In this document: piece by piece, positions 43,255-53,078 of the stretch
How the letters are laid out: each line of letters begins with the position of its first letter
Numbering within the stretch: position 1 is the stretch's first letter
Source: Candidatus Margulisiibacteriota bacterium
Lineage (GTDB): Bacteria; Margulisbacteria; WOR-1; O2-12-FULL-45-9
Length of the DNA stretch: 64,000 bases
Direction of reading: 5' to 3'
NCBI GenBank assembly: GCA_041658745.1
Contig: JBAZZP010000003.1
Coordinates: 3,811-67,810, forward strand
The notes under the pieces: generated by a model
Seen by the model: only the letters and a program-made list of their open reading frames with translations
Databases searched by the model: none
Told to the model about the DNA's origin: nothing
Made by a program: the position numbers and the translations under genes

Positions 43255-43711
43255 TCCTTTCTCCTCTAAAAGCTCTTTCAATTTCTCTTTCAGACTCTCT
43301 ACGTTTAATTTTATCACGTTTTTCAAACACCTTCTTGGCTTTTGCTAGAGCCAAATCAACCTTCGCCCAGTCCCCTGCAAAGTATAGCTTAAGTGGCACC
43401 AAGGTTAAACCTTTTTCGGCCACTTTGCCGGATAATTTCACCAACTCATTTTTCTGAACCAAGGCTTTGCGAGGCCGGGTAGGATTAGTTTTGGAAATAT
43501 CGGTAGTTTGATAAGGAGTGATATGAATTCCGTACAGCCAAACCTCGCCTTTTTCAATTCGTCCAAAACTATCTTGTAAATTAACCCGTCCGAGACGTAC
43601 CGCCTTGACTTCATTACCAGTTAATACCAAGCCAACCTTAAATACTTCTAGAATTGTATAATCAAAACGAGCTTTGCGATTTTCCGCTATTACTTTATAA
43701 TACGCGGACAT
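43238..43711 (-). CDS. smpB: SsrA-binding protein
   Basis: 'IAENRKARFDYTILEVFKVGLVLTGNEVKAVR' and 'LVPLKLYF' motifs plus a basic C-terminal tail. Confidence 0.95.
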   Translation of the reverse strand: MSAYYKVIAENRKARFDYTILEVFKVGLVLTGNEVKAVRLGRVNLQDSFGRIEKGEVWLYGIHITPYQTTDISKTNPTRPRKALVQKNELVKLSGKVAEKGLTLVPLKLYFAGDWAKVDLALAKAKKVFEKRDKIKRRESEREIERAFRGERNAGKG

Positions 43712-43712
43712 A

Positions 43713-44450
43713 TTATAACAAGTTTTCGAGGCCGTAAACCAGCCCTTTGAGCTGGCCCACCTTACGGATAGCTAAGATCACTCCCGGCATGAAAGATTCG
43801 CGCGAAATAGTGTCGTGGCGAATTTTAAGGGTCTGTCCCAAACCACCAAAGATAACTTCCTGATGGGCCACAAAGCCTTGCAGGCGGATACTGTGAATAT
43901 GGATATCGCCAATTTTACCGCCACGGGCATTTTTTATCTTTTCAATTACTTTTTTTTCGGGTCGTTTAACGTTTTTGCGGTCAGCTAAAATTAATTCGGC
44001 GGTCTTGATGGCCGTTCCCGAAGGAGCATCCGCTTTTTGATCATGGTGCATTTCAATAATTTCAACTTCGGGCATATAGTGCGCTGCTTCTCTGGCAAAC
44101 TTCATCATTAAAATTGCGCCAATGGCAAAATTGGGAGCCACCAGACAATTAACTTTATATTTGGCACATAGTTTTTTAATTTCCACCAAGTCGTCTTGCA
44201 TAATCCCGGTAGTTCCAACAATAGCATGGGCTTTATTTTGCAAAATGATTTTAATATTTTTTATAGCCGAATCGGGGTGGGTAAAATCAACCACCACTTC
44301 CGCTTTTGTTTCGACAATTAGGGATGCAAGATCATCCTGAATATCAGCCCGACCAACCAATTCGAGGTCAGCCGTATTTAAAATCGCTTTTACGGCTTCA
44401 TTTCCCATTTTCCCGTCTGCGCCATTAACGATAACTCTGGTTTTAGTCAT
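43713..44450 (-). CDS. dapB: 4-hydroxy-tetrahydrodipicolinate reductase
   Basis: 'RVIVNGADGKMG' NAD(P) motif and 'EIIEMHHDQKADAPSGTA'. Start moved to the ATG at 44450, which has a GGAGG SD and avoids overlap with dut. Confidence 0.92.
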   Translation of the reverse strand: MTKTRVIVNGADGKMGNEAVKAILNTADLELVGRADIQDDLASLIVETKAEVVVDFTHPDSAIKNIKIILQNKAHAIVGTTGIMQDDLVEIKKLCAKYKVNCLVAPNFAIGAILMMKFAREAAHYMPEVEIIEMHHDQKADAPSGTAIKTAELILADRKNVKRPEKKVIEKIKNARGGKIGDIHIHSIRLQGFVAHQEVIFGGLGQTLKIRHDTISRESFMPGVILAIRKVGQLKGLVYGLENLL

Positions 44451-44451
44451 A

Positions 44452-44898
44452 TTATGTCCTCCCCGTGTGACCAAATCCGCCGGCTCCGCGCTCGGTAGAT
44501 GGTAGTTCGATTACTTCTTCAAAAGTAATTCGTTCGATTTTATTAATAATCATTTGCGCAATGCGATCACCGCGTTTGACAACCAAATTTTGTTTGCTAT
44601 GGTTCATTAAGATAACTCCAACTTCCCCTCGATAATCAGCGTCCACTGTCCCAGGAGTGTTGAGGACTGAAACACCTTGCTTCAAAGCCAGTCCAGATCG
44701 CGGACGCACCTGCGCTTCATAACCTTCAGGCAAAGCCATTGCCAGTCCCGTAGGAACCAATTTCCAGCCGCTGGGCTCAATGATTACATCTTCGTTCACC
44801 GCAGCATAAAGGTCCATCCCGGCCGCGTGTTCGCTCATGTATTTAGGCAACGGCAAATCCATTCCGTGGGGCAAACGTTTTACTTGGGCTTTTAGCAT
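44452..44898 (-). CDS. dut: dUTP diphosphatase
   Basis: 'AAGMDLYA', 'RPRSGLALK', 'GTVDADYRGEVGVILMN' and 'GAGGFGHTG' dUTPase motifs 1-5. Confidence 0.93.
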   Translation of the reverse strand: MLKAQVKRLPHGMDLPLPKYMSEHAAGMDLYAAVNEDVIIEPSGWKLVPTGLAMALPEGYEAQVRPRSGLALKQGVSVLNTPGTVDADYRGEVGVILMNHSKQNLVVKRGDRIAQMIINKIERITFEEVIELPSTERGAGGFGHTGRT

Positions 44899-44904
44899 GG
44901 GTTA

Positions 44905-44912
44905 ATTATAGC
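44905..44912 (-). promoter_or_regulatory. GCTATAAT box 6 nt upstream of the dut ATG (leaderless-type)
   Basis: The minus strand reads AGCTATAAT-TAACCC-ATG. Confidence 0.4.
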
Positions 44913-44943
44913 TTTTCGGAGCTAGTGGGGCAAGGGCAGTTGC

Positions 44944-46203
44944 TTAGCAGCTAAGTTCAATTTTCGGCAATTCTTCGAGATCCCCAATCACCGCCAGAGT
45001 TAAATATTCATTTTTAAAGTAATCGTTGGCCATGCGGACAATGTCGTCGTTAGTAACTTTATCTACTTTTTCAAAGACTTCATCAATGGTTTGGATGCGC
45101 TGATGATAGAGCTGTGACTTAGCCAGCCAGCTCATACGGGAGGAAGTTGATTCTAGACCTAAAACCAAAGAACCTTTTAGGTTTTCACGAGCTTTTTCTA
45201 GTTCTGCTACCGAAATTCCCTCTTTCTTTAGCTTGCCTAATTCATTTAAAATTAATTCAATCACTTGTTGCATATTTTCTTTGCTGGTTCCCGCATATAC
45301 ATACGAAAGCCCAAAATCATAGAAGGGAGAAGTAGTTGAATAAATCGAGTAGACCAAGCCCCGCTTCTCGCGCACTTCTTGGAAAAGATGCGAGCTCATA
45401 CTACCCCCCAAGATATTGTCCAGCACTGCATATGGATAGCGATCTTCATCTTTTTGGGCAACCCCTTTCGCACCCAAACACAGATGAATTTGTTCGGTTT
45501 TTTTCTTTTTCAGGTATTGTCCACCTAATATGCTTGGAATTGCCCACTGCTCTCTACCCCCTACCCCCTTATACTCGCCAAATGCTTGCTTAATTCGGCT
45601 ATTAATATCTTTGGGGACTGCCCCAGCTAAAGCAATAACTGTATTTTTCGGCCCGTAACAACGATCGAGATAATTTAAGACTGCTGTCCGACTAAAAGAG
45701 CGAACTGTTGTTTCGTTACCAATAATTGGCTTAGCTAAAGTATGGCCGTGCAAAATCTTTTCGGCAAAATAATCGTGGATTAGTTCGTCAGGGGAGTCTT
45801 CATACATCTTAATTTCTTCCAGCACTACCCCTTTCTCTAACTCCATAGCATCATCGTCGTATAAAGAATGAACCACCATATCGCTCAGGACATCTATGGC
45901 TACATCAATGTGCCGATCCAGCACCACTCCATAATACATAGTAAATTCTTTGCCGGTATAGGCATTAATTTTGCCACCAATGGCATCAAAAGCATGGGCA
46001 ATTTCAAAAGCCGAGCGACGGCTGGTTCCCTTAAAATTCATATGCTCAATAAAATGCGAAATGCCACTTTCGATCGGACTTTCATTGCCAGATCCAGCCC
46101 CTACCATTATTCCCATCGCCACTGAACGCATGGCTGAAATTTCTTCGGTTACAATCGTGAGGCCGTTTTCAAGAATCGTGGTTTTTGAATTTGGTATTTG
46201 CAT
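44944..46203 (-). CDS. M16-family zinc peptidase (pitrilysin-like)
   Basis: 'GISHFIEHMNFKGT' HxxEH zinc motif. Start taken at the ATG at 46203, immediately after the nadD stop. The ORF-track N-terminal extension overlaps nadD. Confidence 0.85.
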   Translation of the reverse strand: MQIPNSKTTILENGLTIVTEEISAMRSVAMGIMVGAGSGNESPIESGISHFIEHMNFKGTSRRSAFEIAHAFDAIGGKINAYTGKEFTMYYGVVLDRHIDVAIDVLSDMVVHSLYDDDAMELEKGVVLEEIKMYEDSPDELIHDYFAEKILHGHTLAKPIIGNETTVRSFSRTAVLNYLDRCYGPKNTVIALAGAVPKDINSRIKQAFGEYKGVGGREQWAIPSILGGQYLKKKKTEQIHLCLGAKGVAQKDEDRYPYAVLDNILGGSMSSHLFQEVREKRGLVYSIYSTTSPFYDFGLSYVYAGTSKENMQQVIELILNELGKLKKEGISVAELEKARENLKGSLVLGLESTSSRMSWLAKSQLYHQRIQTIDEVFEKVDKVTNDDIVRMANDYFKNEYLTLAVIGDLEELPKIELSC

Positions 46204-46204
46204 C

Positions 46205-46819
46205 TTACTTGTATAACCTATGTTTGCGGATAAAAGTATCCACCACCGGCGGCACAACAGATCCAACCGATTTTCCTCCAGCAATCTTACCACGGATATC
46301 CGATGATGAAATATTTTCGCGCAGCTCCATTAGATGAATCTTATCAACCTCTTTCATCAGAGGAGGAAATTTTACCAGTCTTCTAAAAGTGCGAATCTTG
46401 CTGCCTGGACGGGTACCAACAATAAATTCACATAATTTAAATAATTCGAGGGGCTTTTTCCAATCCAAAATTTCATTAATTGAATCTAGCCCCATAATGT
46501 AAAACAATTTGGCTTTCTTGCCGTATTTTCTTTTCAGATCGGCAAAAGTATCAACCGCGTAAGATAATCCTGGCCGATCCATTTCGATGCGGGAGACAAA
46601 ATAGAGCTTTTTCCCTTTCACAGCCAGCTTGACCATTTTATAGCGTAATTCTTTATCAATGATCTCAGACAGTTTTTTGTGTGGAGGATTGCCGGAAGGG
46701 ACAAAGATTATTTCATCCAGCGCAAATTCTTTATGGGCGGCTCTTGCCAGCGCCAAATGACCCTTATGAATAGGATTAAATGTCCCCCCCATAATCCCTA
46801 TGCGTTTAAGGCGCTTCAT
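46205..46819 (-). CDS. nadD: Nicotinate-nucleotide adenylyltransferase
   Basis: 'IGIMGGTFNPIHKGHL' (T/H)xGH motif and a C-terminal 'ISSSDIR' motif. 4-nt overlap with proA. Confidence 0.93.
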   Translation of the reverse strand: MKRLKRIGIMGGTFNPIHKGHLALARAAHKEFALDEIIFVPSGNPPHKKLSEIIDKELRYKMVKLAVKGKKLYFVSRIEMDRPGLSYAVDTFADLKRKYGKKAKLFYIMGLDSINEILDWKKPLELFKLCEFIVGTRPGSKIRTFRRLVKFPPLMKEVDKIHLMELRENISSSDIRGKIAGGKSVGSVVPPVVDTFIRKHRLYK

Positions 46820-48072
46820 ATAACTCGAATTTGACCGTTGCCTTCAATCAAATATTTATAAGAGGTTAATTCGTTGAGACCCATCGGGCCTCTGGCGTGT
46901 AGCTTCTGCGTTGAAATCCCAATCTCCGCACCGAAGCCAAATTCAAACCCATCTGTAAACCTGGTTGAAGCATTAACATACACAACCGCCGCATCCACCT
47001 CGGCTTGAAATTTTTCGGCCGCTTTTTTATCTTTTGTGATAATTGTTTCAGAATGCTTAGTATTATATTTATTAATGTGCCCAATAGCCTCCTCAACCCC
47101 AGAAACCACTTTGATGGCTAAAATTAAAGATAAATATTCGGTTTTCCAATCGTCCTCAGTAGCAGGTAGAATCAACGGTAAAACCTTTCTTGTCTTTTCA
47201 CAGCCGCGTAGTTCAACCTTAGCCGTTTTTAGTTTTTCAAAAAGTAGGGGGAGAAATTTATCTGCAATAGCTTCGTCAACTAGCAAGGTTTCAATCGCGT
47301 TACAAACTGAAGGGCGACTGACTTTAGAATTATAAACAATCTCAACTGCCATTTTGAGATCAGCCGTTTTTTCAACATAGGCATGACAATTGCCTTCGCC
47401 GGTTTCAATGGTCGGAACTTTAGCCTTTTGCACCACGGTTTGGATTAGACTTTTTCCACCGCGCGGGATTAAGACGTCCAAATATTCGCGAGCCGCCATT
47501 AATTCTTCAGCCGTCTCACGACTAATATCTTCAATTAATTGAATTGCTCCATTTGGAATCCCGGCAGAATAGGCTGCTTCGCTGATTACCTTAGCAATGG
47601 CAATATTTGAATTAATGGCATCTGATCCGCCACGCAGAATAACGGCATTCCCTGCCTTAAGACATAGAGCCACAGAATCAACGGTAACATTTGGCCTGGC
47701 TTCGTATATTATCCCGATCACTCCCAAAGGAACGCGAATTTTTTTAATCTTTAATCCATTCGGTCGCTTCCATTCTGCTAGTTTTTCTCCCACCGGATCC
47801 GGCAAAGATTTAACCACTTTTAAACCTTCAATCATCCCATCTAGACGGTTATCATCGATTTTAAGACGATCAAGCAGAGCATCAGAAAGGCCTTTTTCTT
47901 GGCCGGCATCAAAGTCAATGGCATTAGCAGTTAAAATATTTCTTTCATTTTTGTTTAGCGCCATCGCCATCGCTTCGAGGGCAGAATTTTTAACCTTCGT
48001 AGATAGGGTTGCCAGTTTTAAAGCCGCTTGGCAGGCTTCTTGCCCCTTTCGTGCGATTTCTTGAGAGCTCAT
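46816..48072 (-). CDS. proA: Glutamate-5-semialdehyde dehydrogenase (gamma-glutamyl phosphate reductase)
   Basis: 'IYEARPNVTVD', 'ILRGGS', 'GEGNCH' and 'NASTRFTDG' motifs. Start at the ATG at 48072 ('MSSQEIARKG'), supported by the upstream TGCTATAAT box. Confidence 0.93.
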   Translation of the reverse strand: MSSQEIARKGQEACQAALKLATLSTKVKNSALEAMAMALNKNERNILTANAIDFDAGQEKGLSDALLDRLKIDDNRLDGMIEGLKVVKSLPDPVGEKLAEWKRPNGLKIKKIRVPLGVIGIIYEARPNVTVDSVALCLKAGNAVILRGGSDAINSNIAIAKVISEAAYSAGIPNGAIQLIEDISRETAEELMAAREYLDVLIPRGGKSLIQTVVQKAKVPTIETGEGNCHAYVEKTADLKMAVEIVYNSKVSRPSVCNAIETLLVDEAIADKFLPLLFEKLKTAKVELRGCEKTRKVLPLILPATEDDWKTEYLSLILAIKVVSGVEEAIGHINKYNTKHSETIITKDKKAAEKFQAEVDAAVVYVNASTRFTDGFEFGFGAEIGISTQKLHARGPMGLNELTSYKYLIEGNGQIRVI

Positions 48073-48081
48073 AGTAGCCGT

Positions 48082-48090
48082 ATTATAGCA
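48082..48090 (-). promoter_or_regulatory. Extended -10 box TGCTATAAT, 9 nt upstream of the proA ATG
   Basis: The minus strand reads TGCTATAAT-ACGGCTACT-ATG. Confidence 0.45.
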
Positions 48091-48117
48091 AATTAAAGTC
48101 AATTTTGTGGATAGTTA

Positions 48118-48756
48118 TTAAAAACTTGGTATAGTGGGCAAGGTGGTATCGTTATAGGGCGTTAAGACCAAATTAACAATTTTACTCTCACCGGCAACCA
48201 AAGTGGCTTCGCTAGAGGCGGAATAATAATAAGAGGATGAAGTATAGACATGATACGTCCCAGCGGGAACATTAGAAATCGAATAATTTCCACCGGATGT
48301 TGAATAAGTTTCAAGGGCCGTTCCTTGAATCAGAACCTGTACACCAGAAAGGAGTTGTCCGGTGGTTGAACTAACAATTCCGGTAATCCAGCCATTAGAG
48401 GTAATGGTAACCGTTGCCGTTGCCGTAAGACCCTCAGCGCTAGCAATCACCGTCCCTGAGCCGGCCGAAGCTCCTGCCATTAACAAACAAGTAGAACCAT
48501 TGGTGGTAAGAGTACCAATCCCTCCGCTCACACTCCAGGTAGGAGTTACAGTTACAATTTGCCCAACAGAATTGTGTCCATAGACTGTAAAGGTTTGGCT
48601 TTGATTAACCCCTACCGTGGCACTAGTGGGAGAAAGGGAAATACTGGTTAGACTTCCGGGAGCATCACCGCAGCCCGTGTAACAAATTGCTAACAGCAAA
48701 CAGCTTACAGCAACAATGCAACTGGCCGTTAGCCGTAGGCCGTTAGCTCTTAGCAT
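48118..48756 (-). CDS. Lipoprotein with Big_2-like Ig domain and carboxypeptidase-regulatory-like domain
   Basis: Lipobox 'YTGCG', 'ISLSPTSATVGVNQSQTFTV...TVTIT' (Big_2-like) and 'GIVSSTTGQLLSGVQVLI...GNYSISNVPAGTYHV'. The longer track ORF overlaps pyrC. Confidence 0.6.
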   Translation of the reverse strand: MLRANGLRLTASCIVAVSCLLLAICYTGCGDAPGSLTSISLSPTSATVGVNQSQTFTVYGHNSVGQIVTVTPTWSVSGGIGTLTTNGSTCLLMAGASAGSGTVIASAEGLTATATVTITSNGWITGIVSSTTGQLLSGVQVLIQGTALETYSTSGGNYSISNVPAGTYHVYTSSSYYYSASSEATLVAGESKIVNLVLTPYNDTTLPTIPSF

Positions 48757-48761
48757 AAACT

Positions 48762-50051
48762 TTAACCAACCAACTTCCCGTCCCTCACCACAACTCTCCC
48801 CCCAACTATCGTCCACAAGACCTTGCCCTTCAGCTTCCATCCATCAAAAGGAGTATTTTTACTCTTTGAAGCTAATTTGGTTGCATCAACCGTCCATTCA
48901 GCTGACGGGTCAACAATGATAACATCAGCATCCCAGCCGGTTTTTAAACAGCCCTTATTTAAGCGCAATATCTTGGCTGGATTAACGGCCAATTTTTCAA
49001 TTGCCTTCTGGAGGGTTAAAGCCTTGGTGCTGATTAATTTGGTAAAGGTTAAAGCTAGCGCCGTTTCCAGACCAATCATGCCGGAGGACGCCAAATTAAA
49101 TTCCAACGCTTTTTCCTCAATATTATGCGGGGCATGATCAGTCGCGATAACATCAATTGTGCCGTCAGACAATCCTTTGATAATGGCTTTGACATCTAGG
49201 GCAGTTTTGAGTGGGGGATTAACTTTAGCATTAGTATTATATTGCCGCACAGCTTCTTCGGTTAAACTAAAATAGTGAGGAGCGGTTTCACAAGTTATCA
49301 CTACTCCTCTTTTTTTGGCCTGGCGAATTAATTCTACTGAACGCGCCGAAGATACATGGGCAATATGTACCCTGCCATATTTTTCGGCCATCAAGATATC
49401 ACGGGCAACCATTATTTCTTCTGAAAGTGACGGAATACCGGGAAGACCGATTTGGGTAGAAACAGACCCCTCATTCATTGATCCCCCGCTCGACAGATTG
49501 GTATCTTCGCAATGAGAGATAATAGGGACATCAAATTGGCTGGCATACTCGAGGGCTTTGCGCATCACATCCGCCCGCATAATGGCTTTTCCATCGTCCG
49601 AGAAAGCTACCGCACCTTGCTCAAGCATTAATCCCATTTCGGCTAAAACTTCACCTTTTAGCCCCTTCGTTACCGAACCAATCGGAAAGACATTGACTAC
49701 GCCTTCGCTTTCAGCTTTGGAGCAGATAAATTTAATTACGGCTAAGTTATCCGCCGGTGGTTCAGTATTAGCCATACAACAAACCGAAGTAAATCCACCC
49801 AAAGCCGCCGCCCGTGTCCCGGTTGCAATCGTTTCTTTATCTGGCCGGCCCGGATCGCGCAAGTGGGTATGCATATCAATTAATCCTGGCAGTACCAACA
49901 TTCCTTTGGCATCAATCGTTTTACTCCCTGACCCCTGCATCCTATTCCCTATCTTTTTTATCTTCCCATCTTCAATTAATACATCGCAAACTTGGTCGAA
50001 GTTACTGGCTGGATCAACCACCCGCCCGTTCTTAATTAATAATTTTGCCAT
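48762..50051 (-). CDS. pyrC: Dihydroorotase
   Basis: 'LPGLIDMHTHLRDPG', 'VHIAHVSS' and 'IATDHAPH' amidohydrolase motifs. Confidence 0.93.
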   Translation of the reverse strand: MAKLLIKNGRVVDPASNFDQVCDVLIEDGKIKKIGNRMQGSGSKTIDAKGMLVLPGLIDMHTHLRDPGRPDKETIATGTRAAALGGFTSVCCMANTEPPADNLAVIKFICSKAESEGVVNVFPIGSVTKGLKGEVLAEMGLMLEQGAVAFSDDGKAIMRADVMRKALEYASQFDVPIISHCEDTNLSSGGSMNEGSVSTQIGLPGIPSLSEEIMVARDILMAEKYGRVHIAHVSSARSVELIRQAKKRGVVITCETAPHYFSLTEEAVRQYNTNAKVNPPLKTALDVKAIIKGLSDGTIDVIATDHAPHNIEEKALEFNLASSGMIGLETALALTFTKLISTKALTLQKAIEKLAVNPAKILRLNKGCLKTGWDADVIIVDPSAEWTVDATKLASKSKNTPFDGWKLKGKVLWTIVGGRVVVRDGKLVG

Positions 50052-50851
50052 TATATCTTTATGCTCCTTCTCACCTGACTGATAATTGCCCCGATTCCTC
50101 GGGTGGAACGCTCTTTTTTACGGGGAATTTTTTCTTCACTTTTTAGTTTGCGCAAGGCTTGCATCGCCGCTCTTTGCTCAGCCTCTTTTTTGTTCCTTCC
50201 GCGCCCTACCCCAAAGCTGCTCCCTTTTACTTTTACTTCCATCCAAAATACCCGGCGATGTTTGGGGCCAGTTTCCTTAACCACTTTATAACGGGGCAAT
50301 TCCCAACGCCGTTTTTGGGCAAATTCTTGCAAAGTTGATTTATAGTCGCCAATGAAATCCGCCTTGGAAGTACGGTCAATTTCATCCGATAAACAGGCAA
50401 GAATTAGTTCTCGCGATTTGCCAAGACCCGAATCGAGGAAGATGGCACCAAGTAAGGCTTCTAAAACATTGGCTAGATTAGATTTGCGGCGATGCCCGCC
50501 TGTCTTTTTTTCATTTTCGGAGAGAAGCAGATACTCACCAATCCCCAAATCACGCGATATTTTAGAGAGGGTATCGTCAGAGATAACACTGGCCCTAATT
50601 TTGGTTAGGGCGCCTTCATCGCGTTCCGGAAATTTGAGATAAAGGTGTTCGGAAACAACCAATTTCAAAACCGCATCACCCAAAAACTCTAAGCGTTCGT
50701 TGTCTGGCAGATTTCTCTCGTGCCCAAAAGAGCTATGGGTTAGTGCCTGGTTGAGAATGTTTTTGTTGATGAAAATTGTGCCAATTTTTAACTCGAGGAT
50801 TTGCAGTTCGTCTAAGCGCTGGGGAGAAATTTGCTCCATTTGACAATACAT
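50051..50851 (-). CDS. rnc: Ribonuclease III (with basic C-terminal extension)
   Basis: 'ERLEFLGDAVL' signature, a dsRBD ('KSTLQEFAQKRRW...PRYKVV...GPKHRRVF...GRGRNKKEAEQRAA') and a ~30-aa Lys/Arg-rich tail. The start could be the internal 'MEQIS' at 50839. Confidence 0.92.
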   Translation of the reverse strand: MYCQMEQISPQRLDELQILELKIGTIFINKNILNQALTHSSFGHERNLPDNERLEFLGDAVLKLVVSEHLYLKFPERDEGALTKIRASVISDDTLSKISRDLGIGEYLLLSENEKKTGGHRRKSNLANVLEALLGAIFLDSGLGKSRELILACLSDEIDRTSKADFIGDYKSTLQEFAQKRRWELPRYKVVKETGPKHRRVFWMEVKVKGSSFGVGRGRNKKEAEQRAAMQALRKLKSEEKIPRKKERSTRGIGAIISQVRRSIKI

Positions 50852-50895
50852 TCTACATTATTTATAATCAATTATCAACCAAAAAGGGGGATCTA

Positions 50896-51819
50896 ATGGG
50901 AATTTTATCGCCGGTGATGAGTTATGTGGTAGATAAAGAGCTGGGTTTCCCTATCCCCTCCGAAAAAGAAAAGATCAATAAGGCTATTAAGCGCTATCGC
51001 TATATCCTTTCCCAGCACCCCAACCGAGCCGATGCTCCCGAAATCCTGTTTGGAATTGCCGATTTACTAGTTGGACGCAATGAAGCGAGCGACTATGGTG
51101 AAGCTACCAAAATCTTTGATTCGATCCTGCACCGCAACCCACCGGAATATTTAAAAGCCAGGGCCCTAGTTGGAAAAGCCGAGCTAATGATTGGCTCTTC
51201 CTCCGATTTTAACGACGCTATTGCCCTCTGCGAAAAAGCCCGCAAAATCCTAGATGCAGACTATATCGATTTTTTTGCTGCTAAGACCGTGGCGGTTGAA
51301 GCCGAACTGCGTTTATCACGCAATGATAAAGGCGACTGGGAAAAAGCGGTCAAACTAATCGATGAAGTTATCCGTGAAAAGAAAGCCAATTGGTATTTTA
51401 AGGGTCGCGCCCTTTTAACCAAGGCCGAGATCTTACTTTACAAAAAACCGCAAGATCTGCGCACCCCACTCAAAATGATTGATGCTTGCTTAATTCAATT
51501 AAAGTCGCGCCCGGATGATTATTTCTCTCACAAAGGCAGATTGTTGCGAGCCGAAATCTTGATCCGCCGCGAAATTAAAGGTGATTTTGAAAGGGCGGAG
51601 AAGTTGCTCACCGAAGTTATCAGGATGAAATTTGCTTACAAAGACCTGGTGGCCCGCGCCAAGATTGATCTGGCTCAAATTGCCAATCACCCCAAGGCTT
51701 CTAAATTAATCAGCGAAGTGCTGGAGATGGAAGGACTTGATCCCTACCTACAAGAAAAAGCCCGCAATTCACAGCAAACCATTAACGATAAAAAAAGAAA
51801 GGGCAAAAAAGACGAATGA
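50896..51819 (+). CDS. Hypothetical TPR-like helical repeat protein
   Basis: The ATG at 50896 has an AAGGGGG SD. Five loosely repeated '(K)(G)RALL.KAEILL' helical units. The stop overlaps the leuC-type start (ATGA). Confidence 0.5.
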   Translation: MGILSPVMSYVVDKELGFPIPSEKEKINKAIKRYRYILSQHPNRADAPEILFGIADLLVGRNEASDYGEATKIFDSILHRNPPEYLKARALVGKAELMIGSSSDFNDAIALCEKARKILDADYIDFFAAKTVAVEAELRLSRNDKGDWEKAVKLIDEVIREKKANWYFKGRALLTKAEILLYKKPQDLRTPLKMIDACLIQLKSRPDDYFSHKGRLLRAEILIRREIKGDFERAEKLLTEVIRMKFAYKDLVARAKIDLAQIANHPKASKLISEVLEMEGLDPYLQEKARNSQQTINDKKRKGKKDE

Positions 51820-53078
51820 GCCCTTCCGCTAAAACCTGCGCTGAAAAAATTCTCTCTGCCCACTCTGGCAAAGATGCCAAAGCCGGCGATATTGTTATCG
51901 CTAATTTAGATTATTTGATTGGCCAAGACGGAACCTCCGGCGTAGCCATTGATTCCTTTAACAAGCTAGGGGTTAGCAAGGTTTTTGATCCATCCAAAAT
52001 TGCCATTATCATTGACCATAGCTCCCCTTCCCCCAATCTGGGAGTTTCAGCCATTCACAAAAAAATCCGCGATTTTGCGGCCGCGCAAGGCTTTAAGCTG
52101 TATGACATTGGTTGTGGAGTGTGTCATCAAATTACCCCCGAGCAAGGGCATGCCGTACCAGGCGATCTGATCATTGGCGCTGATTCACACACCTGTACTT
52201 ACGGAGCAATTAATGTTTTTTCCACCGGAATTGGATCCACCGATCTAGCAGCTGGCTGGGCATCTGGCAAACTATGGTTTAAAGTGCCCGAGACAATTAA
52301 AGTTACTTATTCTGGCAAATTACCCAAAGGTATCTATTCAAAAGATTTAATTTTAAAATTAATCGGCGACATTACCGCCGACGGTGCAACCTACATGGCA
52401 CTCGAAATTGGCGGACAAGCAATTCTAGATCTTTCGGTAGATGCACGCTTTACTATTTCCAATATGGCCATTGAATGTGGCGCCAAAATCGGGATTATGC
52501 CGGCCGATAAAAAAGTGCTGGAATGGGTGGGGCAACATTCTAAACGTAAACCGCAACCGGTGGAAGCCGATCCAGGCGCAACCTATGCCAAAACTCTCGA
52601 AATTGATGTCGCCAAATTAGAGCCCCAAATTGCCAAACCGCATCAAGTAGATAATGTTTGCCCAATTTCACAAATTGGCGAAGTGCCCATCCAACAAGGA
52701 TTTATTGGGACTTGTACTAATGGGCGGCTAGAAGATTTTCAAATTGCAGCTAAGATTTTAAAAGGCAAAAAAGTAAAAGATGGTTGCCGCCTAGTTATTG
52801 CTCCAGCTTCCAAAACCATTATGCTGGATATGATTAAAGACGGTACTTTTCAAACCTTGGTAGAAGCCGGCGCCGTTCCAGTTACTCCAGGCTGTGGCCC
52901 CTGCGTAGGAACCCATAATGGAGTTCCATCGGATGGTGAAAATGTGATTTCAACGGCCAATCGCAACTTTAAAGGACGAATGGGCAATCCCAATTCGTTT
53001 ATCTATTTATCTTCGCCAGCTACCGTAGCCGCTTCTGTACTTGCAGGTAAAATTACCGACCCTCGCCAGTATTTGTAA
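51816..53078 (+). CDS. leuC: Aconitase-family dehydratase large subunit (3-isopropylmalate/homoaconitate dehydratase, ~420-aa type)
   Basis: 'IDHSSPSP', 'GADSHTCTYGA', 'GTCTNGRLED' and 'PGCGPCVG' Fe-S cluster-ligand motifs. The LeuC versus HacA assignment cannot be settled by eye. Confidence 0.88.
   Translation: MSPSAKTCAEKILSAHSGKDAKAGDIVIANLDYLIGQDGTSGVAIDSFNKLGVSKVFDPSKIAIIIDHSSPSPNLGVSAIHKKIRDFAAAQGFKLYDIGCGVCHQITPEQGHAVPGDLIIGADSHTCTYGAINVFSTGIGSTDLAAGWASGKLWFKVPETIKVTYSGKLPKGIYSKDLILKLIGDITADGATYMALEIGGQAILDLSVDARFTISNMAIECGAKIGIMPADKKVLEWVGQHSKRKPQPVEADPGATYAKTLEIDVAKLEPQIAKPHQVDNVCPISQIGEVPIQQGFIGTCTNGRLEDFQIAAKILKGKKVKDGCRLVIAPASKTIMLDMIKDGTFQTLVEAGAVPVTPGCGPCVGTHNGVPSDGENVISTANRNFKGRMGNPNSFIYLSSPATVAASVLAGKITDPRQYL

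Noticed and set aside
43255-43326. Longer (84-aa) version of the small ORF overlapping smpB by 89 nt
   Set aside because: It uses a TTG start without an SD inside the smpB coding sequence. The internal ATG at 43254 has a good SD.
46204-46293. N-terminal extensions of the M16 peptidase (to 46293), the Big_2 lipoprotein (to 48840) and proA (to 48102) given in the ORF track
   Set aside because: Each extension overlaps the upstream gene or lacks a signal or SD. The internal ATGs give canonical N-termini: a signal peptide or lipobox, or an adjacent promoter box.
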